64,000 nt of DNA from an uncultured Verrucomicrobiales bacterium. Lineage in GTDB: Bacteria > Verrucomicrobiota > Verrucomicrobiia > Verrucomicrobiales > DEV007. Position 1 is the first letter of the stretch; every line of letters begins with the position of its first letter. Of this stretch, positions 10,101 to 17,001 are shown one piece after another. The translations under genes were made by a program, and so were the position numbers. The notes beneath the pieces were generated by a model. That model saw nothing but the letters and a program-made list of their open reading frames with translations, did no database searches and was not told the origin of the DNA. The DNA lies in assembly GCA_937897075.1 (NCBI GenBank), contig CALCPI010000268.1, positions 2,521 to 66,520 of the forward strand, given 5' to 3'.

Positions 10101-10473
10101 CTGTTACCCTATTTTCGGCAGCTTTAGAACGAAGCGACTCTGAATCGGTGTTTTTGTTTTGCCCTTCTTCGAGCGCCTTGATCTTTTTATCACGGGACGC
10201 CAGTTGGACAACGAACTTTTCCAGCTGTGAATCAAAACCATCCCGATCTTCCTGCCAACGATTCCGGAGTTTTTTAAAAAGATCCCGCTGCGACCCACCC
10301 AGAGCCTGCCATTGGCTGGCCAGATTCATGTTCTCTTCGATTGCGGTGTACAATCTCTGGTTGTATCGACCCCAGATGAGCTTGGCAAAAAGTAAGCCAA
10401 TGCCAAAGAAGATCAGAACCTCGAGACCGACCATGAGCCAGTTTTGAAGCAAAAAGTTCAGTGCCTTTTCCAT
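7150..10473 (-). CDS. Membrane-anchored very long coiled-coil protein with a C-terminal OmpA-like domain
   Basis: N-terminal TM, then ~900 aa of E/L/Q-rich heptads. C-terminal FFDD...GYSG..G...N..LS.RRAEAVR..L..NGV....I....GE......RRVEV matches the OmpA/MotB fold. No Walker A motif. Confidence 0.85.
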   Translation of the reverse strand: MEKALNFLLQNWLMVGLEVLIFFGIGLLFAKLIWGRYNQRLYTAIEENMNLASQWQALGGSQRDLFKKLRNRWQEDRDGFDSQLEKFVVQLASRDKKIKALEEGQNKNTDSESLRSKAAENRVTELEDLLEKRDEEISGLNHSLDLRAETDEVRLLRSRVTDLEQDLVDAHDKLHELRSGKGSDSVIAEPESVRVRELESTVTDLKSKLESATDGGGSYRESVQLAALLKQRGRELKNLQSSDSKVSREIVPAVHSTTEAEPKVDELTEKVTALQDELDSQVDDHSEALQGLYQQISDLELELQNREDEIATLGKSDTIGNLLAQSGAVDDAPKESETTIVPLMAAMSPPSEGFGDGDSDELLAEKDRVIERLKAELKDALDEMTDVREGYNQTFGGVEVLEARLAEEEGAKSALESNAIAPEELEEANSEIGRLTEEVESTANELSQFRRREAEQKSELTDLGNQIEELEAIVDDRNAEVSDAVKELESQRELIRNLRVKVAEQEGDLEGMTEGHSSMSSELLEKASIAEMLTGRIAEVELALSNRYGEMNRISTQLEIATGTLNRSSSHSQEVSKELDDLKWDNGIMSKQIADLETELTESKDEVKKMTADMEEMSSDVEGRRQKMLVLEDRYNLMKTEATEKSEALELAKSELEAAREQLETIETGSEDLTTKVQELEQMNLTMARDLDLLRGEALSSEETQSMQEQSIATLKMEVETAETENDELKSQLAAAQHSQETLETNSTHLAEVLDVKTQQLGDFSDRINRLIHGDFQSFGGNDSDDGGSQPSMSDFFASEDDQINALGDSIALLEARAVDAEQNFGSCENELVVLREEIIEIKQAHQIELLSQTESIELLQDEIAATAEPLEAAEAKLQSAQGEKDTAIEDLNRALEELQSAQQELESGRAAHHQHEHQEESASHLKELVETLRNDLSFKQMAIRELEDQLTYERQRENFQESEASVEGEESPHSINRVKSAIAPHFEDSGNGSLRVFFDDTKVNLNGEALIEIDRAAREVRSAGGRIKISVLGYSGAEGSEAMNESLSARRAEAVRERLMENGVSHSLISVQSGGEDESFGQSEDSWRARRVEVNLIAEAVAETVN

Positions 10474-10518
10474 AATGCTGTTTCGTTTGTGTAAATTTTT
10501 CTACCTGATGGGTAAAAA

Positions 10519-10764
10519 CTAAGTTTGTGTCTCGGAGACCTCTGCCTTTAAACGGGAGAGCTCTTCATTTATTTGTTCGTACTTCGCCCGCGCAATACGA
10601 CTCTCTTCTTCGATGGATTCCAGGGCCCGCCGATTGCTTCGCCAAATCATCCATCCTGTAATACTTCCTAAAATCACCACGACTAGACCTCCCCCAAGAT
10701 AGGTCATTGCCCAGTCTTTCAGGAATAAGCCAGAGGCATCGGTAGCGGCGAAAAGGATCTGCAT
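10519..10764 (-). CDS. Small single-pass membrane protein with a short coiled coil
   Basis: 81 aa with TM LGGGLVVVILGSITGWMIW-RSNRR followed by heptads. Lies 28 bp after the BON/OmpA gene. Confidence 0.75.
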   Translation of the reverse strand: MQILFAATDASGLFLKDWAMTYLGGGLVVVILGSITGWMIWRSNRRALESIEEESRIARAKYEQINEELSRLKAEVSETQT

Positions 10765-10792
10765 CTTGATGTTATAAATTTATAAACAATTC

Positions 10793-12643
10793 CTATTCTG
10801 CGCCATCTTCTTTTTTGGCGTTTTCACTCTTGGCGATCGTAATCTCGACACGACGAGCTTTCCATCGGGATTTGGACGAGGTATTTACCTGGTCCACTCC
10901 AAAACTGACAGCCGAAATGCGATCTTCAGCGATCCCAAGTGAAACGAGGGCGGCCCGGACAGAACTTGCGCGCTTAATACTGAGGAGGCGATTCTTTTCC
11001 GGGTTTCCCAGTGTGTCGGACAAGCCGCCAACTTCGAATGGAAACGCAACTCCCGTTTTTTTAATAAGGTCGGCAGCAGTTTTCAGCTTGTCCATCTCAT
11101 CATTCCCCACTGCATCACTGCCAGATTTAAAATACACCGGCAATTTCTCTAATTCTTTAAGGAGAGCAACTTCGGCTTCCGGTTCCAAACTGGGAACAGG
11201 GACATAAATCTCTTCAAACTTCAGGGTGTTCAGAATCGTGAATGTCGTGGGAACTGTGTTCACAGCGAGATTGTGAAGAAAGCGCGTTTGCTCAACGGTG
11301 AGGGCTTCACCGGCAAGTTCCACTTTCCCGTTTCTGATCGAGGTTTCACCAAAATTGGTTCGTTCCATCACTTCGGATAGAAATCCTCCCAACTTCTCCA
11401 ACCACTCTTCTTGAATTGTAAGAGCCACAATTTGAATCTGGTTTTCAATCTCGACATCTGGATGATTGGAACTGATCTCGGAAACGAGTGATGCCACCAC
11501 TTCTTCAGATGGCAATATCCCCTTCAGAGTCAGCTTGCCGCCTTTAAATTCCGCCGCAATTTCCGGTTGAACCTGCTCTTTCGTCATCTCAGTCGTCAGA
11601 GTGACTTCAGCAATCACGTCCACAGATGTCTCAGACTTAGCCAGTTTCCCCAAAACACCGACAATCGCCCCCTGCTGTGCCTCGGTGCTCACCTGCCCTT
11701 TAACCAAAACCCGGTCGCCAGCATAGTGAACTTCGGCCCCGCCCTCCATTTCATCGATGAAAAGAGGAATTAAAGTCAGCGCATTGTTTAACCAGTAGGG
11801 AGCTTCAAGATCTGGATCCACTTCCAGATCTCCGTTTAAACGAACCAATCCAGGTTGGCTGGTGAACGCCTCCTTGATCTTCTCTTTTACTCGATCGTCC
11901 GGAACCTTCCCTTCGATGACTACGCCGAACCTGGACTTTCTCAGATGCATTTCTGAGGGGTTTGCAAAAACGCGCGTAGCCTTCACGGACACTTCGTCCA
12001 CAACAGAAGCCCCGGCGATTGACTTCGCGATCTCCATGAGACCAAACTTGATTCCAGCATTGTCCACCTCGGCCCGTATTGTCAAAACGCCATCTTTCAA
12101 AATTAATTCCGAGGCTTGTGAAGACGAAATCAATCCGGCGGCGAGTGACGCGAACTCGGCGACAGGCTCTAGAGGTAATCGCCGGGCATCCAGTTCAATT
12201 TCGTTAGCGATCGCATTGCCACCACTCACAGAATGAAGACGGGCACCCAGAAGACGTTTTGCAGCCTCCTCTTTCGAAGAAATACTGCCTTCAAGCTTTG
12301 CCGTCAGGGAATTGTTCGGCTTTGTCATATGAACCCAGGGGGCAAGGGTCGGCCTGATTTGCACCTGAAAATTATCCTTTTCCGGGAAATAGGCACCGGG
12401 CACCGATTTCTCGAGCAAGGGCAGCACCTTGGTCCTTTCTTCCTCGCTGTCGACAAACCCGGCCAAATCAGCAACCATATGATCAAAGGAAACTGTGACG
12501 TCTTTAAAGCCAGCCTCCTGGAGAACCGCCAGCGATTTGTCTTTCAGCTCCTGCTCAACTCCTTCCTTGTGACTATACCTTGCCAGACCGGCGAACAAGC
12601 CGACGGCGCCGAAAAAAAGGATAGCTACAAAAAAGAATCTCAT
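10793..12643 (-). CDS. ArfA (Rv0899)-like multi-BON-domain protein with a C-terminal OmpA peptidoglycan-binding domain
   Basis: N-terminal hydrophobic anchor and about 7 BON-like beta-alpha-beta units (e.g. VVIEGKVPDDRVKEKI, LTLKGILPSEEVVASL). OmpA motifs YFKSGS, GLSD..GN...N..LS.KRA..V and RRVEI are present. Confidence 0.82.
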   Translation of the reverse strand: MRFFFVAILFFGAVGLFAGLARYSHKEGVEQELKDKSLAVLQEAGFKDVTVSFDHMVADLAGFVDSEEERTKVLPLLEKSVPGAYFPEKDNFQVQIRPTLAPWVHMTKPNNSLTAKLEGSISSKEEAAKRLLGARLHSVSGGNAIANEIELDARRLPLEPVAEFASLAAGLISSSQASELILKDGVLTIRAEVDNAGIKFGLMEIAKSIAGASVVDEVSVKATRVFANPSEMHLRKSRFGVVIEGKVPDDRVKEKIKEAFTSQPGLVRLNGDLEVDPDLEAPYWLNNALTLIPLFIDEMEGGAEVHYAGDRVLVKGQVSTEAQQGAIVGVLGKLAKSETSVDVIAEVTLTTEMTKEQVQPEIAAEFKGGKLTLKGILPSEEVVASLVSEISSNHPDVEIENQIQIVALTIQEEWLEKLGGFLSEVMERTNFGETSIRNGKVELAGEALTVEQTRFLHNLAVNTVPTTFTILNTLKFEEIYVPVPSLEPEAEVALLKELEKLPVYFKSGSDAVGNDEMDKLKTAADLIKKTGVAFPFEVGGLSDTLGNPEKNRLLSIKRASSVRAALVSLGIAEDRISAVSFGVDQVNTSSKSRWKARRVEITIAKSENAKKEDGAE

Positions 12644-12832
12644 TCCCAGTTACTTTTAACGATAAATAATATTCAGTATTTACAAAATTCTCAACCCTGA
12701 TTCTACTTCTCCGCTGACTATTTTGCAAATCTTTGTAAAAGTTATCGCGTAATTTTAAAAATTCATGTAATTTATCAAAATTATAAATTATAGCTTACCC
12801 TTGTCATCCCGAACCGTCCGTTTCCGCCATAC

Positions 12833-13354
12833 ATGAATATCTTAAATACAATTGTTGGTGATTTGCGCACGATTATTGAGGGCTTAAAGCGCGACGGATT
12901 GGGAAAAACGGCGCAACTCCTTCATTCCAGAGATGCCCCTGCACTCGCACAGTTTGCCAAATACGGGATATGCGGTGTCGGAGCCGTGATCGTTCATCAC
13001 ATTGTCTTTGTAGGGCTCACCATGTCTGTCATGCCAATTGCGGAAAGCTCTGGATTGTCCCCTGAATCCCGTGAGCACAACTCGATGCTGGCCAATCTGA
13101 TTTCCTGGCCTTTTAGCAATGTGTTTGCTTATCTAATGAACATTCTCTGGGTTTTCACCCCGGGCCGTCATTCGAAGTGGCGCGAATTCGCATTGTTCTC
13201 CGGCATTTCCTTCCTCAGCTTTGGCGTGGGGCTTCTGGGAGGGCCCGTTTTTATCTCCGAGGGAGTTCATGAGTGGATCGGCCAGTTCGGTTTCGTTGTC
13301 ACATCAGCTCTCGTAAACTTCGTGTGCCGAAAGTTTCTCGTGTTTCAGAAATGA
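12833..13354 (+). CDS. GtrA-family membrane protein (putative lipid-linked sugar flippase accessory)
   Basis: QFAKYGICG, AN.ISW..SN.FAY.MN..WVF and NFVCRKFLVF are typical GtrA motifs; 4 TM segments. Confidence 0.85.
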   Translation: MNILNTIVGDLRTIIEGLKRDGLGKTAQLLHSRDAPALAQFAKYGICGVGAVIVHHIVFVGLTMSVMPIAESSGLSPESREHNSMLANLISWPFSNVFAYLMNILWVFTPGRHSKWREFALFSGISFLSFGVGLLGGPVFISEGVHEWIGQFGFVVTSALVNFVCRKFLVFQK

Positions 13355-13388
13355 TTGACCCTCACAGAGTTTGCTGCGAATTTGATAT

Positions 13389-13898
13389 GTGAAAAACGCG
13401 TCTTTAACTCTTTTGGGGCTTCAGCAACAGAAAGCCGTTTTGTTCACTCTTCTCTGCATCGGCTGCTTGTTTAGCCTCAGTAGCAGCTTCCTCCTTCATG
13501 CGGATGACAAGTCCTGGATTGCCGGCGAATCGGTCGGCCAGGCTGAGGCGCTGAAAGATGGATGGTATTCTCAAAAAGTGAGGATCAGGAATGTTTCAGC
13601 AAAATCCATCTTTGTTTACGGACATTCCCTGGATTCTCCCTTTGTCCAGATCGACACGAGGAATCCTGAAACCATGGAATGGGAGAGTTTCGGCATTGGC
13701 TATTGCGGAACCGGTGCCGATCTTCACAAAGTGAAGAATGGAAAAGAGTTCGTAGCCACGATTCGCTTGCCTGGAAATCTGGCGAAGCAGGACCTTCGTG
13801 TGAGACTCCATTGCTACCGATCAAAAGCGGATAAAAAACCGAAAGAGTTTGCGACCGGTGTTTTGCGGATGGTTTCGGGGAACGTAGGTGGAAAGTGA
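13389..13898 (+). CDS. Hypothetical secreted protein (beta-rich)
   Basis: 169-aa ORF with a hydrophobic N-terminal segment and a YCGTG motif; no family recognised. Confidence 0.6.
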   Translation: MKNASLTLLGLQQQKAVLFTLLCIGCLFSLSSSFLLHADDKSWIAGESVGQAEALKDGWYSQKVRIRNVSAKSIFVYGHSLDSPFVQIDTRNPETMEWESFGIGYCGTGADLHKVKNGKEFVATIRLPGNLAKQDLRVRLHCYRSKADKKPKEFATGVLRMVSGNVGGK

Positions 13899-14064
13899 GA
13901 AGTTGCCAGAAAGGGCAGGCGCAAGGCGGGTAGACTTTGATCATCCTTCATTTCGCCACAAGTTTAGCGACTTCGACAATATCCGGGGCATGTGCGCGGA
14001 ATACCCAAGTGAGCGTCCCGCGCGCTTGCTGAATCAGCCATCCGAAGGATTCGAATACCCCTTA

Positions 14065-15600
14065 CTACTCTGCCTTATCGGGCTCACGATAGAACCAGTT
14101 CGGGAAATCGGAACCTTTGGTCCCACCCGTTTTCCGATGGAGAAACTTCGTCCCGCGATCTTCCAGAATCGGCATCTCAGTTCCGTTTGTCTCGCGCAGC
14201 AGTTCAAAGAGTCTTGTGTTCAGTTTTGTCACCGTTTCCGCATGCTTCGGATCATTGATGAGATTGAGCCTTTCCTCAGGGTCGCTTTCGAGATCAAAGA
14301 GTTGATCGACATCCCAGATCCCGTGATATCGAACATATTTGTATCGCTCGCCGAGAACGGCATGCATCGTTGGGGTCTGGGGATAATTCCTTTCCCAATA
14401 ATATTCGTAGAGCAGGTAGTCGCGCCAGTCGGCTGATTCCCCCGTGATCAAAGGCTTCATACTGCGGCCATCCATATGTTTCGGAGTCTCGAGTCCGGCA
14501 AAGTCCAACATGGTCGGTCCCACATCGATGTTCGCTACGACCTGCTTGATCTCCTGCCCCGCCTTTACCGCTTTCGGATAGCGCAGCATCATCGGGATCC
14601 TGACAGAAGCATCATAGGCACAGCGTTTATCAATGAGCCCCTGTTCCCCAAAGAGGAATCCGTTGTCACTGAGATAAAGGACGATCGTATTGTCCAGTTC
14701 TCCATTTTCCTCGAGAAGCTTCATCAATGCGCCGGTGCTGTCGTCAATCGCCCGGATCGTTTCGCAGTAGCGCTTGTAGTAAGTCTCCAGGTCCAACCCG
14801 GTATAATATGCGAACTCCACTCCATGGCGGCTGTTGCGCTGATTCTTCACCCACATTGGAACATCGCGAAAAGCATCAGGCATATCGAACCAGGTCTTTG
14901 GACGCTCAAATGTTTCCTTATCGTAGCAATAAGCATGGCGATTTGGCGGGAGAAAATCCGCATGCACCGCTTTATGGGAAAGATACATCAGCCAGGGCTT
15001 CTCTCCGTCGCGTTCTTTCATCCAGTCCCCTGCGTAGTCCGTCAGCAAATCAGTAATGTACCCCTTCTGTTCCACTCGTTTTCCGTTGTCGTTAAGGCCT
15101 TCACGGCTCACTTGCGGAACGTAACGCCCTTTAACCTTGGCCTCAGCCGGATCCGCGAAATAGACGCCCTGTCCTTTGAATGAAACCCAATAGTCAAAAC
15201 CGGGCTGTTGGTGATCGATCATCCCGCCCATGTGCCATTTCCCGACAAAGGCCGTTTCATAGCCACTCTCCTGCAGATATTTAGGGAAATAAGTCAGCCC
15301 TTCTGGAATTGGATTGTAATTGTCGACCACGCGATGGTTGTGGACATACATCCCCGTCAGAATCGAAGCACGGCTCGGAGAACACAGTGAAGTGGTGACC
15401 ACGGCATTTTTGAAATGAACGCCCTCTTTTGCGATCCGGTCCATGTGCGGTGTTTCAAGGAAAGGATGATCCATGCATCCCATCGCATCGTAGCGTTGGT
15501 CATCGGTCAGGATCACCAGCATATTCGGACGCTCGTCCGCTGATTGAGCAGGCAAGATAGTGCCGAGAATGGCAAGAACACAGAAGAGAGAATATCGCAT
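14065..15600 (-). CDS. Sulfatase (formylglycine-dependent, N-acetylglucosamine-6-sulfatase-like)
   Basis: Signal peptide, ILTDDQR, CSPSRASILTG, GKWHMG, HKAVH, SDNGF, DKRCAYD and C-terminal QLFDLESDP. Confidence 0.95.
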   Translation of the reverse strand: MRYSLFCVLAILGTILPAQSADERPNMLVILTDDQRYDAMGCMDHPFLETPHMDRIAKEGVHFKNAVVTTSLCSPSRASILTGMYVHNHRVVDNYNPIPEGLTYFPKYLQESGYETAFVGKWHMGGMIDHQQPGFDYWVSFKGQGVYFADPAEAKVKGRYVPQVSREGLNDNGKRVEQKGYITDLLTDYAGDWMKERDGEKPWLMYLSHKAVHADFLPPNRHAYCYDKETFERPKTWFDMPDAFRDVPMWVKNQRNSRHGVEFAYYTGLDLETYYKRYCETIRAIDDSTGALMKLLEENGELDNTIVLYLSDNGFLFGEQGLIDKRCAYDASVRIPMMLRYPKAVKAGQEIKQVVANIDVGPTMLDFAGLETPKHMDGRSMKPLITGESADWRDYLLYEYYWERNYPQTPTMHAVLGERYKYVRYHGIWDVDQLFDLESDPEERLNLINDPKHAETVTKLNTRLFELLRETNGTEMPILEDRGTKFLHRKTGGTKGSDFPNWFYREPDKAE

Positions 15601-15750
15601 GGCCAGACACTAGCGACTGCGACAAATCAGGTCAACTGCTCGAATTGCGTTCCCGCCTTTTGCGGAGGAGGGCCTCATGGTGCATGAGATTCACCTTGTG
15701 ACGCACCTTGATTCTGCTTCTTCTTTCCGTAATCTCCCCTATCTCTGATT

Positions 15751-17001
15751 ATGAAAGCTAATCGACGAAAATTCATAAAAGGTCTGGGTGGAACTCTGGC
15801 CCTTCCGTTTTTGGAATCCGAATGCTTTGCCGGCGAAACCGCTCCGACGCGATTCCTCGTAGCCGGGAATCCGTTCGGGATGCATCCGGACTACTTCTTC
15901 CCTAAGGAGTTGGGAAAAGACGCACCTCTCTCCCCCACTCTTCAGTCCCTCGACTGGTTGAAAGACCGGCTCACAATCCTGTCCCATACCGATCACAATA
16001 TGGTGAGTGGCCACGGACGTGAAGTTTCCTTTCTCAGCGGAGTTCTGCCGGAGGATGCTCTCGCATTTCCCGAAAAAAACATGTCAGTCGATCAGGTCAT
16101 GGCGCGTCATGTCGGTGTAAAAGTTCGCTACCCTGTGATCGGGGCCGGGCTGGACAGTGGAATTCGGATGAGTTGGACTTCGAACGGAGTGGAGGACGCT
16201 CCTTTTACCGATCCCCTGGCATTGTTTGATCACCTGTTTCTCAACCTGTCGGATCAGCAGAAGGCAAGCCGTCGCAATTTGATCGAGCAGAATGGCAGTA
16301 TTCTCGATACGGTTGGCAAACAATTCTCGAGGATGAAGACCGTCGTCAGCAATGCTGACATGGATAGGCTCGATCAGTATCAAACATCGGTTCGCGAATT
16401 GGAAAAGAACTTCTCCAATCGATTGAATTGGATCAAAACCGAAAAACCAACATTCGATATCTCAGCTCACGTGAATCACTCTGAGGTAACAATCGAAAAT
16501 CGCTATCATGCTATTTTCGACATGATCGCCTATGCCTTCGAAACTGATCTGACCCGGGTGGCCAATGTCGCCTTCCCGAGAGATCTCAGCTACACGGATG
16601 TCGGAGGTGTGACTCGCAGCTACCACGGCTGCACTCACAACGGCAAGATGGACAATGTTACTGCGGAACTCGTCGCAATCGAGACCTTCCAAATCGCTCA
16701 GCTCTCGAGGTTTCTGAAAAAGCTGGATTCGATTAAAGAACCCAATGCTGATGGAACGATGCTGGATCACACCATTGTCGTTTTCGGTAGCGGGATGGGT
16801 TATGGCGGAACCCATTCGAACCGGAATCTGCCTATCTTTGTCGCCGGGGGCGGGTTTAAACATCTCGGACACGTCGATGCAGGATTGAACGGAGCGAGTA
16901 TGCCCTTGTGTAATCTCTACCTGACATTGCTGCAGCGATTTGGCGTTGAGCGGGATTCATTCAATACCAGCACCGGAACTTTTGATCTCGCTTATGCATA
17001 A
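15751..17001 (+). CDS. DUF1552 domain protein (Tat-type signal)
   Basis: NRRKFIKGLGGTLALPFLES, SVDQVMA, LDQYQTSVRELEK, GSGMGYGGTHSNRNLP and LCNLYLTLLQRFGV. Confidence 0.9.
   Translation: MKANRRKFIKGLGGTLALPFLESECFAGETAPTRFLVAGNPFGMHPDYFFPKELGKDAPLSPTLQSLDWLKDRLTILSHTDHNMVSGHGREVSFLSGVLPEDALAFPEKNMSVDQVMARHVGVKVRYPVIGAGLDSGIRMSWTSNGVEDAPFTDPLALFDHLFLNLSDQQKASRRNLIEQNGSILDTVGKQFSRMKTVVSNADMDRLDQYQTSVRELEKNFSNRLNWIKTEKPTFDISAHVNHSEVTIENRYHAIFDMIAYAFETDLTRVANVAFPRDLSYTDVGGVTRSYHGCTHNGKMDNVTAELVAIETFQIAQLSRFLKKLDSIKEPNADGTMLDHTIVVFGSGMGYGGTHSNRNLPIFVAGGGFKHLGHVDAGLNGASMPLCNLYLTLLQRFGVERDSFNTSTGTFDLAYA

Noticed and set aside
7150-10473. SMC/chromosome segregation protein
   Set aside because: No Walker A/B or hinge motif; the protein has an N-terminal TM and a C-terminal OmpA fold.
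12612-12634. A7/A6 homopolymers at the 5' end of the BON/OmpA gene (also A8 near 1336 and 31765, C7 near 47540) as phase-variation sites
   Set aside because: The tracts are short, the frames are intact, and they encode ordinary Phe-rich signal segments or lie between genes.
7150-12643. Zorya (ZorAB), MotAB or T6SS TssL interpretation of the coiled-coil/OmpA genes
   Set aside because: No multi-TM MotA/ZorA channel subunit, no MotB-type TM Asp motif recognised, and no helicase/nuclease, flagellar or T6SS genes nearby.
12721-12740. Imperfect palindrome TTTTGCAAA-TC-TTTGTAAAA in the divergent promoter region
   Set aside because: The region is very AT-rich, so such matches arise by chance; I found no second copy or cognate regulator in the window.
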